Shown: positions 1 through 7,950 of the stretch, one piece after another | Layout of the letters: each line of letters opens with the position of its first letter | Position numbering within the stretch: the stretch's first letter is position 1 | Sequence record: NC_025447.1 | Length of the DNA stretch: 64,000 nt | Direction: 5' to 3' (one strand) | Source of the DNA: Escherichia phage 121Q | Translations under genes and position numbers: made by a program | Notes under the pieces: model-generated | The model's input: only the letters and a program-made list of their open reading frames with translations | Databases searched by the model: none | Told to the model about the DNA's origin: nothing

Positions 1-87
1 TCTTGACAAAAGGAACAAATCATGAGAACATGTATTAAAGGAAGAATGACTTTCCATTAGGTTATTTTAACTTAAAGGAGATTTCAT

Positions 88-645
88 ATGTTTTTTGACC
101 AAACATTTACGTTGTATCACGATTCTGGTAAAGTTGAGATTGTAGACGATCTACTTCAATACATTGCTGACCATCAAGGGATAGATCGTTTCCACAGTAA
201 GATGAAATTTGATTTAGCAGAATTCAACAAAAAGAATCGTGAAACTTTTTGGAAGAACCGTTTCTATTACGAAATGTTCCCAGAAGAGTTTGTGGGTTAT
301 TATCTTTGTACTGAAAAAGGATTACTTGTATCTCCTGATTTACTTATGGGTGAATACATGATACTCTATAATGAGTACTGGGAACATAAACGTAAAGCTC
401 GTGATACGGAATGGCGACATAAGCGTTCGTATATGTACAAACATAACCACTCCCGATACAAGCGTCCTAAGACTCAACAAGAGCGTCGTATGGCTTGTGC
501 AGTACTGAAGGATGAGGGGGAACCTGATATACGTGGAAGACGTAAGATGCGTTCATTACCATCGTATTGGGACGATATCAGAACAAGACATAGTACTGGC
601 TGGAAATACAGTACTAAACGTAAACATCAATACAAAGGGAGCTAA
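88..645 (+). CDS. hypothetical protein with strongly basic (K/R/H-rich) C-terminal half
   Basis: 185-aa ORF with ATG start; AGGAG-like RBS (aaaggag) 7 nt upstream; no recognisable catalytic motif. Confidence 0.5.
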   Translation: MFFDQTFTLYHDSGKVEIVDDLLQYIADHQGIDRFHSKMKFDLAEFNKKNRETFWKNRFYYEMFPEEFVGYYLCTEKGLLVSPDLLMGEYMILYNEYWEHKRKARDTEWRHKRSYMYKHNHSRYKRPKTQQERRMACAVLKDEGEPDIRGRRKMRSLPSYWDDIRTRHSTGWKYSTKRKHQYKGS

Positions 646-663
646 TGCTCCCTAATTTTATAG

Positions 664-1002
664 GTGAACTTTATGAACAAAATTGACGTTACTGTAGTGA
701 TTGGTTATATTGAAATTGAACCGTGTGGCATTGATACCTTTATTGACACTCTTAATAAGTATCGTGCTGAATATAACGGTCACATTAGTCTTTCACCAGA
801 CAGTGGTTACGGCGGTTTTCATGGATACAATGTAATTTGGACCAGAGAAGAAACTGACGAAGAATATAATACACGAATTGAAGCTGAATCTAAAAGATGT
901 GAAGAAATTGAACGTCAAGAAATGAAACACTTAATGAACAAGAAATCATTAAGTACCGAAGAGAAATCTAAACTGCTAAAATACATCAAGGATTACATGT
1001 AA
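664..1002 (+). CDS. hypothetical protein
   Basis: 112-aa ORF in the same-strand gene array; stop overlaps the next start (ATGTAATG). Confidence 0.5.
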   Translation: MNFMNKIDVTVVIGYIEIEPCGIDTFIDTLNKYRAEYNGHISLSPDSGYGGFHGYNVIWTREETDEEYNTRIEAESKRCEEIERQEMKHLMNKKSLSTEEKSKLLKYIKDYM

Positions 1003-1649
1003 TGAAAAATGTAACTCAAGAAAAGATTCTGTACCTTGCAAAGTACAATGGTGGTTTCAATATCATTAGCCGTGAGTACAGTGGTAATTTGGCTAAGTTG
1101 ATTGACAGTTTGTTAGAATTTGATTTCATTAAATGGGAAACTAATGAACTTTGGTACGAATATGCTGGTCAGAAATGGGAAAGTGATTATGATAATGCAA
1201 TACATTCATACACTATCACCAAAGCAGGTGAAGTTCGATTAGCCATTATGCGTTGTGCATATACTTACAAAAATCATAAAGGTGAAGAAAAACATATTCG
1301 CAGAAATGAAGAGCTATTACTTCTTATGGAAGCAGCAAAAGTTACAATGCATGATTTGTTCCACCACCCACGTTGGTATGAAAATCTAACAAAAGCAGAG
1401 TACAAAGCTTTACGTTACATTGATGAACAAAACAACACGGTTCAACAAGAACATGCTGAGGATGGTGAACTATCCATCAGAAATGTATTTGAGACTACCA
1501 ATACTGAAAGTATTACTGAAATTTCAGTGCAAATGGCTATCAAAGCTATGGAACTATTCAAAACACAATACGATGGTGTTAATTCAGATGAAGTAGAGCG
1601 TGAGTTCATTACGCGAGTACAAATTGCATTACATAAATCAAAAAAGTAG
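1002..1649 (+). CDS. hypothetical protein
   Basis: 215-aa ORF, start overlaps the upstream stop, which suggests translational coupling. Confidence 0.5.
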   Translation: MKNVTQEKILYLAKYNGGFNIISREYSGNLAKLIDSLLEFDFIKWETNELWYEYAGQKWESDYDNAIHSYTITKAGEVRLAIMRCAYTYKNHKGEEKHIRRNEELLLLMEAAKVTMHDLFHHPRWYENLTKAEYKALRYIDEQNNTVQQEHAEDGELSIRNVFETTNTESITEISVQMAIKAMELFKTQYDGVNSDEVEREFITRVQIALHKSKK

Positions 1650-1655
1650 GTTCAT

Positions 1656-1835
1656 ATGAAATTTTTACTTGTACTAATCGCAGTTCTTATGGTATTATCT
1701 TGTTCAGTTAGTAATGGTTCATACATTTACGTATCAGTATTTGAAGAAGCTCCCGACAACTGTGTATTAACTCACACTGGAATTGTGTTAGTTAATGGTA
1801 AACCATCAATCGAGTACTTATGTATAGGTGATTAA
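1656..1835 (+). CDS. small putative lipoprotein (59 aa, below ORF-track threshold)
   Basis: Hand translation: MKFLLVLIAVLMVLSCSVSNGSYIYV...; hydrophobic signal followed by a Cys (VLSC, lipobox-like); fills the gap between annotated ORFs. Confidence 0.4.
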   Translation: MKFLLVLIAVLMVLSCSVSNGSYIYVSVFEEAPDNCVLTHTGIVLVNGKPSIEYLCIGD

Positions 1836-1838
1836 ATT

Positions 1839-2069
1839 ATGAAATTATTATATATTTTTATTATTTCTTCTATTGTATTTCTGAGTGGATGTGCTCCTAA
1901 AGTTGATGAGATGGATGCTGAAATCATCCGTCAAGGTTTAACAAAACTAAATCATCAAGGAACACTATACGCATGTCATACTATGCGTCATGGGCAAGAT
2001 CTTAACCTCATGTGCAGGAAGATTGTGAATCGCAAACGTCTTAATACTGTTCCGAAGGATGCACAATGA
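1839..2069 (+). CDS. putative lipoprotein
   Basis: N-terminus MKLLYIFIISSIVFLSGCAPK: signal peptide with canonical L-S-G-C lipobox. Confidence 0.55.
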   Translation: MKLLYIFIISSIVFLSGCAPKVDEMDAEIIRQGLTKLNHQGTLYACHTMRHGQDLNLMCRKIVNRKRLNTVPKDAQ

Positions 2070-2236
2070 AAGAAGTAATTGACTACAAATGTAAAAATTG
2101 TGGCAAAGATAAGGGTAAGCATTCAGTACAAGGAATGGCTTGCCCGAATCCAGGTCGTGGTAATTTCAGAGGGTTCAGTACTGAAAAGTCTTACGAACCG
2201 GATCATACCAAACCTGTAATGGGTTATAAATTATGA
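2066..2236 (+). CDS. small Cys-rich zinc-ribbon-like protein (56 aa, not in ORF track)
   Basis: Hand translation MKEVIDYKCKNCGKDKGKHSVQGMACPNPGRG...; CxxC plus a downstream Cys; ATGA overlaps on both sides. Confidence 0.4.
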   Translation: MKEVIDYKCKNCGKDKGKHSVQGMACPNPGRGNFRGFSTEKSYEPDHTKPVMGYKL

Positions 2237-2592
2237 GTGATTATGTAGCATTTCTTCATCGCTTTGGAGAAGCTAAAGAAAAACATATTATCCGTATGCC
2301 ATTATATGGTGAAAAAGACTGGTACAAAAGTACTATCAGTGTAGGTGCATTTCGTGACCGTGAAGCTGGATTCTTTCTGGGTAAGCAACATGAACGAGAG
2401 GTACTTTGCTCACTTTGGCGTTTAGATGAATGGGATAGTGAGAACGTAAGAACTGCTGAATCAATGATGGCTATTGTTGGTATTGCGAACTATCAGCACC
2501 CATATGATCTATTACCTACATTTGAACATGCTTCTTTGTTTGACTTTTACAAAGCAGTAGGGTATGATTATAAAAAGAAACGTTACGTTTAA
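2233..2592 (+). CDS. hypothetical protein
   Basis: 119-aa ORF, start overlaps upstream stop (ATGA). Confidence 0.5.
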   Translation: MSDYVAFLHRFGEAKEKHIIRMPLYGEKDWYKSTISVGAFRDREAGFFLGKQHEREVLCSLWRLDEWDSENVRTAESMMAIVGIANYQHPYDLLPTFEHASLFDFYKAVGYDYKKKRYV

Positions 2593-2626
2593 CATCAGTA
2601 CTGCCATCGTGTGCAGTACTTTTTAA

Positions 2627-3253
2627 TTGGAGATTACTATGACTACATCGGAAAAGTACTGGTGGATTTTGGGTCATCCTAAATTCATAAACAAAGATAT
2701 GGTTCCAGCTAGGATTGATATTGAACCTCATGATGTGTGTCCAATGACAAATCGAATTGAAGATTTCAAAGCATTGAATACAAAGACTCAATTTTGGGTA
2801 GAATTTCTTTCACCAATGTATATTGAGCAAGACGACGAATGGGTACAAGCACATGATTATCAATTGGATTGTGGTGGTGATACGTATGAAGAGGCCATTG
2901 ATGAATTATACAAAAATGTGCTAAGAACATATGGTGATTATACCCAACAGGAAGCAGATGATAAATTTCATAAAATACATTCATTCAATGCATCACAATC
3001 AATATATAATCCCGCTAAAACAGTTTGGGAGGAACGACACAGTTGGAGTTCATGTGTAATCGATGAAGAAACCAAAGAAAAAATTATCGATGACATAAAA
3101 AATTTAAAAAATACAATCCAAGCCTTGCGTGCATTCATAAAGTCTTGTACAATAGAAGAACAGCAAGAGGCAAAGATACATTTGGAGAGTGAAGAATGTA
3201 AACTTTGGGTTCTAGAAAAATCACTTGAAAAGGGTATAGACTTAGACTTATGA
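2627..3253 (+). CDS. hypothetical protein
   Basis: 208-aa ORF with GGAG RBS (ttggagattactATG). Confidence 0.5.
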   Translation: MEITMTTSEKYWWILGHPKFINKDMVPARIDIEPHDVCPMTNRIEDFKALNTKTQFWVEFLSPMYIEQDDEWVQAHDYQLDCGGDTYEEAIDELYKNVLRTYGDYTQQEADDKFHKIHSFNASQSIYNPAKTVWEERHSWSSCVIDEETKEKIIDDIKNLKNTIQALRAFIKSCTIEEQQEAKIHLESEECKLWVLEKSLEKGIDLDL

Positions 3254-3618
3254 ATAGTAAATTGGAGAAACTTGTTGAAGAATTACGCCGGATGCCACCT
3301 ATTGAGCAAGTAGGGAACTACAAGCGGTATCGTGTGATTGCTCGTGCACTGGATAAAAAAGGTCGAGTACTGGCAACCCGCACAAATTCTTATACACAGA
3401 CACATCCAGTACAGAAAGGTTTTGCAATTCGTGCTGGACGTCCACAAGGTGAATTTCTCCATGCTGAAATTTCTTGCTTATTAGCTGCACGTGCTGATGT
3501 TCATACTTTACTGATTGCACGGATAAGTAAAGATGGTATTCCTGTACCTGCTAAACCATGTGAAATTTGCACATTAGCAATTATGGAATACGGGGTTAAG
3601 GAAATTATCCACACATGA
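3250..3618 (+). CDS. CMP/dCMP-type zinc deaminase family protein (short form)
   Basis: HAE...PCxxC zinc-binding signature (FLHAEISCLL ... AKPCEICTLAI) typical of the cytidine/deoxycytidylate deaminase superfamily; only 122 aa, so exact substrate is unclear. Confidence 0.55.
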   Translation: MNSKLEKLVEELRRMPPIEQVGNYKRYRVIARALDKKGRVLATRTNSYTQTHPVQKGFAIRAGRPQGEFLHAEISCLLAARADVHTLLIARISKDGIPVPAKPCEICTLAIMEYGVKEIIHT

Positions 3619-3839
3619 AGAAAATCGAGCGTTATACAAACCATACTGTTGTAGTTGAAAATGATATATTTTATTATTATATTTTCAGACCTATACATTG
3701 TTGCCAAATAACAACATTCAATAGTGGAAGGTTTTATGACAAGAACTTTCACATTACTGAGTTAGCAAAATATTCCAGTACTGAACACTTTAGTAATCTA
3801 GTATATGTGTACTGTATACCAAACCCAAATAATAAGTAG
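3615..3839 (+). CDS. hypothetical small protein
   Basis: 74-aa ORF, ATGA overlap with upstream gene; low-complexity composition, weak support. Confidence 0.3.
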   Translation: MKKIERYTNHTVVVENDIFYYYIFRPIHCCQITTFNSGRFYDKNFHITELAKYSSTEHFSNLVYVYCIPNPNNK

Positions 3840-3848
3840 GAGATTAAA

Positions 3849-4208
3849 ATGGCTAAAACTATTTCTTTAAAAAATGAAAATGTAGGACAACGCAAAGATG
3901 GTTTCTTTGGATTCTCATGGACAACATTATTCTTTGGACCGTTCCCTGCATTGTTTCGTGGTGACTTTATTACGTTCATCGGTGCATTTGTAATTTACTT
4001 CATCCTCAACGCAGTGTCATTTTGGATTGTGGGTACAATTGCAATGGTCGTGTGGGCATTTCTTTACAATAAGTACTACACAGTGAATCTCATTAAGAAT
4101 GGGTATAAATTCAATGGCACACATGAAGAAAATGCTGAAGCTGCAATGGCTTTACAAATTGATTTGAATAAAAACAACACAGTTGATAAAAACAAAGATC
4201 CAGAATAA
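3849..4208 (+). CDS. putative integral membrane protein
   Basis: Two long hydrophobic segments (FFGPFPALF...FIGAFVIYFILNAVSFWIVGTIAMVVWAFLY); AGGAG RBS upstream. Confidence 0.5.
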   Translation: MAKTISLKNENVGQRKDGFFGFSWTTLFFGPFPALFRGDFITFIGAFVIYFILNAVSFWIVGTIAMVVWAFLYNKYYTVNLIKNGYKFNGTHEENAEAAMALQIDLNKNNTVDKNKDPE

Positions 4209-4427
4209 ATGGAAAAATATGACATAATTTACGATTATTATGGTAAGGCTTATATGAAGTGTGGGCGTTATGTTGAACTCTCTAATAGAGAATCAATAGA
4301 TCCCCACACTCTTATAACAATTCATAATTCGTACTATAAAAAAGTTACAATAGCTAATTTCGCTACATACGTGAATAATCCATTATTTCCTTACATTATT
4401 CAGTACTACTGTCGAGTTATAAAATAA
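4209..4427 (+). CDS. hypothetical protein
   Basis: 72-aa ORF immediately after upstream stop. Confidence 0.4.
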   Translation: MEKYDIIYDYYGKAYMKCGRYVELSNRESIDPHTLITIHNSYYKKVTIANFATYVNNPLFPYIIQYYCRVIK

Positions 4428-4436
4428 GGTAAAAAA

Positions 4437-4847
4437 ATGTTAGCCGATGATTTTATGTCTCTAAGTACCAAGATATTTGATATATTAGGAGATGAAATAG
4501 ATTTCCACCTAAATGATACAACTATACCGTTCGAAGATGGTGGTTATTTTTTTGCATTTGGTTATAAGTACAATGTTGATTTCTCAATTCCGATTCCTGA
4601 TGGAAGTGATTATACATCATCAACATATTTTGAATTTCAGTTCAACGGACACAAAGAGCGTTTACTAACATATAGACGTAAAGGTAATTTCAGTAGACCA
4701 GAGATTATATTAATGGATATTGAAAAACGAATAGAAATTGCAAAGAATAATCCATTCTTCAGTTCTTATGCGTTAAACCAACTTATTGAACTATTTGATG
4801 GCTATCCAGACAGAATACGAGGGTCGTTACGTATCAATGCAGAATGA
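4437..4847 (+). CDS. hypothetical protein
   Basis: 136-aa ORF. Confidence 0.5.
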   Translation: MLADDFMSLSTKIFDILGDEIDFHLNDTTIPFEDGGYFFAFGYKYNVDFSIPIPDGSDYTSSTYFEFQFNGHKERLLTYRRKGNFSRPEIILMDIEKRIEIAKNNPFFSSYALNQLIELFDGYPDRIRGSLRINAE

Positions 4848-5022
4848 AATCTTTAAAAAAGAATACGATGGTGAAAGTCTCTATGATATTCAGAGAGATG
4901 TGCATGAAGCCTTCGATTCAAGATTTAACCCATTAGCTGAACAAATCCCACAAGATGAGTTTGGTTTTCAAGAAGGGACGTTCACAGTAACTATTACATG
5001 GAGTCCAGATGAGACTAGCTAA
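4837..5022 (+). CDS. hypothetical protein (start uncertain: 4786, 4798 or 4837)
   Basis: Track ORF 4786..5022 overlaps the upstream gene by 62 nt; the internal ATG at 4837 (MQNEIFKKEY...) gives an 11-nt overlap typical of this genome. Confidence 0.35.
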   Translation: MQNEIFKKEYDGESLYDIQRDVHEAFDSRFNPLAEQIPQDEFGFQEGTFTVTITWSPDETS

Positions 5023-5125
5023 ACTTGTCATAGGTTGCAGTGCACTTGCTGCATATATGCTTTTTTCCGCACCAACCAATGTATTACTGCTAATTTGGGC
5101 AGTTGTTATATTAGCAGTACTTTAA
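5009..5125 (+). CDS. small hydrophobic membrane peptide (38 aa, not in ORF track)
   Basis: Hand translation MRLAKLVIGCSALAAYMLFSAPTNVLLLIWAVVILAVL; GGAG 5 nt upstream of the ATG; stop codon directly followed by a terminator hairpin. Confidence 0.35.
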   Translation: MRLAKLVIGCSALAAYMLFSAPTNVLLLIWAVVILAVL

Positions 5126-5126
5126 A

Positions 5127-5150
5127 AGCACCCTTGTGGTGCTTTTTCTA
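5127..5150 (+). terminator. rho-independent terminator
   Basis: AGCACC-cttgt-GGTGCT stem-loop followed by TTTTTC. Confidence 0.6.
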
Positions 5151-5222
5151 TTTGTGCAAATAAAAAGCAATGTGACTTTTCCTTGATATAGGTCAAGAGA
5201 AATAACCTGTTCTGACGCTATA

Positions 5223-7091
5223 ATGTTGTCTGGTGATATTAAATATCTTCACCCCCAGATGATTTCAAAATACAAGGAATGTACAATGCAATTAGATAAA
5301 TTATATACCGATGTAACAAATTTCCTAAATCAGAGTAATACTGATCTTACTAATGAAAACGCTAATAAAGATGCAAAATGCGTCAATACACATAGAGATT
5401 TACTAGCAGGTATTCTATCTAAGCATTATTCACAAGATGTTATTCCCACCGAGTTAATGCAATGGCATAATGATGGATATGGTCATATTCATGATTTAGA
5501 TTACTATATTAGCCCATTGACCAATTGTTGCTTGGTTAACTATCCTGATATGCTTAAAAACGGCTTCACTATTGGTTGTGCTAAAATTGAAGAACCAAAA
5601 AGTTTCAGTGTAGCTTGCACAGTACTGACACAAATTGTCCAAGCTGTTGCCAGTTCCCAGTATGGTGGTCAATCTTTGGCTCACATTGATGTCGGATTAG
5701 AACCTTACGTTCAAAAGTCATGGGATAAGCTGTTAGAAAAACAAAAGAAATATAATCTAAGTGATGAATTCATTGAAGAAGAACTACGTAAAGAAGTGTA
5801 TGATGGCTGCCAAACATTACTTTACCAAACTAATTCAATGATTAGTACTAATGGTCAAGCTGCATTTATTTCTCTTAGTTTAGGTCTTAACACTTCTAAA
5901 TTTGGCAAATTAATCACTGAACAGTACTTAAAAGTCCATGAGAATGGTTTAGGTAAAGATAAGATTACTCCAGTGTTTCCTAAAGTAATTTTCTTTTTAC
6001 AAGATGGTATAAACATGAATACCAACGATAGTAATTATGACCTTAAACAGTTAGCTATGCGTTGTGCATCAAAACGAATCTACCCTGACTTTGTTTCAGT
6101 ACCATTAAATCACAAAGTGACTGGAAGTAGTAGTACTGCTGTAACACCGATGGGCTGTCGTTCATTCTTAGGAAAATGGGAAGATTCAAATGGAAATGAA
6201 CAATACAACGGTCGTTTCAATTTAGGTGTGGTTTCTATCAATTTACCTCTAATTGCTCTTGAGAGTACTTCTGACGGAGAGTTTTTTGATAAGATAGACG
6301 AGCATATGAATATTGCATATCGTGCTCAGATGAACCGCGTAGAGCGTTTAAAAGGCACTAAAGCAAAGCAAAATCCAATTTTGTTCATGGAAGGTGCATT
6401 AGCACGTTTAGGTGCAGAAGAAACCATTGACAAGCTATTTTACAATGGTTATGCTAGTATTAGTATTGGTTATGTTGGACTTGTTGAATGTTCAGAAATC
6501 CTCACTGGTTCTATCAGTAAGGAGTTTTGTATGTCAGTACTGAATTATATGAAAGTAAAATGCGATGAGTTCAAAAAAGAGAGTAATATAGCTTTTAGTC
6601 TATATGGAACTCCAGCAGAGTCACTTTGTTATAAATTTGCACGTTGTATTGAAGCAAAATATCCTTCAGTACTAAAACGTGATTACATCACAAATTCCTT
6701 CCATCAACCAGTATGGGTAGAAAGTTCTCCATTTGATAAATGGAGTTATGAAGAAGGCTTTGCTTACCTAAGTAACGGTGGAAACATCAGTTATGTTGAA
6801 TCTCCAAACTTAGCAAACAACATTCAAGCACTTGAAACATTAGTTAACTATGCTTACACGAAGATACCATATTTTGGTATTAACCAACCAGTTGACCATT
6901 GTTATGAATGTGGCTTCCAGGGTGAGTTCAGTGTAGATAAACATGGTTTCCACTGTCCGGTATGTGATAATCGTAATGAGAAGACAATCTCAGTGATTCG
7001 TCGTGTTTCTGGTTACTTGGGTAATCCTTCTTCGCGTGGATTCAATAAAGGCAAACAACAAGAGTGTTGTGAGCGTATTCAGCACAAATAA
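5223..7091 (+). CDS. nrdD: anaerobic ribonucleoside-triphosphate reductase (class III RNR)
   Basis: 622 aa; C-terminal glycyl-radical motif (IRRVSGYLG) and Zn-ribbon (CYECGF...HCPVCDN) characteristic of NrdD; T4-like phages encode NrdD/NrdG. Confidence 0.9.
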   Translation: MLSGDIKYLHPQMISKYKECTMQLDKLYTDVTNFLNQSNTDLTNENANKDAKCVNTHRDLLAGILSKHYSQDVIPTELMQWHNDGYGHIHDLDYYISPLTNCCLVNYPDMLKNGFTIGCAKIEEPKSFSVACTVLTQIVQAVASSQYGGQSLAHIDVGLEPYVQKSWDKLLEKQKKYNLSDEFIEEELRKEVYDGCQTLLYQTNSMISTNGQAAFISLSLGLNTSKFGKLITEQYLKVHENGLGKDKITPVFPKVIFFLQDGINMNTNDSNYDLKQLAMRCASKRIYPDFVSVPLNHKVTGSSSTAVTPMGCRSFLGKWEDSNGNEQYNGRFNLGVVSINLPLIALESTSDGEFFDKIDEHMNIAYRAQMNRVERLKGTKAKQNPILFMEGALARLGAEETIDKLFYNGYASISIGYVGLVECSEILTGSISKEFCMSVLNYMKVKCDEFKKESNIAFSLYGTPAESLCYKFARCIEAKYPSVLKRDYITNSFHQPVWVESSPFDKWSYEEGFAYLSNGGNISYVESPNLANNIQALETLVNYAYTKIPYFGINQPVDHCYECGFQGEFSVDKHGFHCPVCDNRNEKTISVIRRVSGYLGNPSSRGFNKGKQQECCERIQHK

Positions 7092-7099
7092 GGTAAATT

Positions 7100-7432
7100 A
7101 TGGATTTAAAGCCAATTGTGGTTAACAAATACAAAGAACCGTATGATGTGTATATTGGACGTGGGTCTAAATGGGGAAACCCATTTACCCATATTAAAGA
7201 TAAACAAACTAAAGCCGAATTCATTGTTAGTACAAGAGAAGAATCAATTGAAAAATTCAGAGAATACATTATTGAACGTATTTCTTGTGGAGAAGTTAAG
7301 ATTGATGAATTACTTGAACTCGCAGGGAAACGCCTTGGTTGTTTCTGTAAACCCAAATCATGTCACGGCGATGTTCTTGTCGAAATAGTGAGTGCAATAT
7401 TAGATGAATTACCAGACGATAATCAAGGATGA
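7100..7432 (+). CDS. small conserved protein with GNPF motif (possibly DUF4326-like)
   Basis: YIGRGSKWGNPF motif; sits between nrdD and nrdG; family assignment is from memory and tentative. Confidence 0.35.
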   Translation: MDLKPIVVNKYKEPYDVYIGRGSKWGNPFTHIKDKQTKAEFIVSTREESIEKFREYIIERISCGEVKIDELLELAGKRLGCFCKPKSCHGDVLVEIVSAILDELPDDNQG

Positions 7433-7874
7433 TTTAGTAAATGGAGAGGGCGTTCGCTGCTCTTTATTTGTTAGTGGGTGTTCGCACGGATGTGATGGTT
7501 GCTTCAATGAAGAAGCATGGGACTACCGAAGTGGACAAGAGTTCAGTACTGAAACAGTTGAGATTATACTACAGGAACTAAAAAAACCATATGTTAGTGG
7601 TTTGTCACTTCTAGGCGGCGATCCATTAATGAAAAAGAATATAGATGAAGTTTTAAATCTATGCAAAGTAGTTAAAGAAACTTATCCTAGTAAAACTATT
7701 TGGTGCTGGAGTGGGTATACTTTAGATGAGATTATGAAAAATCATGCTAAAGATATACTTCAGTACTTAGATGTATTAGTTGATGGTAAGTTTATCGAGT
7801 CCGAAAAGAATTTAAAATTACCTTTCCGTGGTTCAAATAATCAAAGAATACTATATAAAAATAAAGATTTTTAA
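7404..7874 (+). CDS. nrdG: anaerobic ribonucleotide reductase activating protein (radical SAM)
   Basis: GEGVRCSLFVSGCSHGCDGCFN: radical-SAM cysteine cluster in the NrdG-specific arrangement; directly downstream of nrdD. Confidence 0.9.
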   Translation: MNYQTIIKDDLVNGEGVRCSLFVSGCSHGCDGCFNEEAWDYRSGQEFSTETVEIILQELKKPYVSGLSLLGGDPLMKKNIDEVLNLCKVVKETYPSKTIWCWSGYTLDEIMKNHAKDILQYLDVLVDGKFIESEKNLKLPFRGSNNQRILYKNKDF

Positions 7875-7877
7875 CAT

Positions 7878-7901
7878 AAGCACCCGTTGGGTGCTTTTTT
7901 G
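7878..7901 (+). terminator. rho-independent terminator
   Basis: AAGCACCC-gtt-GGGTGCTT plus T6; stem sequence nearly identical to the terminator at 5127. Confidence 0.7.
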
Positions 7902-7906
7902 TTATG

Positions 7907-7916
7907 TATATAAATA
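7907..7916 (+). promoter_or_regulatory. T4-type late promoter (TATAAATA)
   Basis: tatataaata about 35 nt upstream of the first tail-fibre gene start; matches the T4 late promoter consensus. Confidence 0.5.
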
Positions 7917-7950
7917 CATTAACTAATATCTAATTTATAAGGGATATATA

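Noticed and set aside
2516-3979. Minus-strand ORFs 2516..2791, 2766..2984, 3299..3520, 3501..3752, 3749..3979
   Set aside because: Each is fully embedded antisense in a better-supported plus-strand gene in an otherwise unidirectional operon array; no start signals.
7042-7388. ORFs 7042..7356 (-) and 7116..7388 (+)
   Set aside because: Both overlap the 7100..7432 gene and nrdD in alternative frames or antisense; the 7100 frame carries the conserved GNPF motif and proper start/stop coupling.
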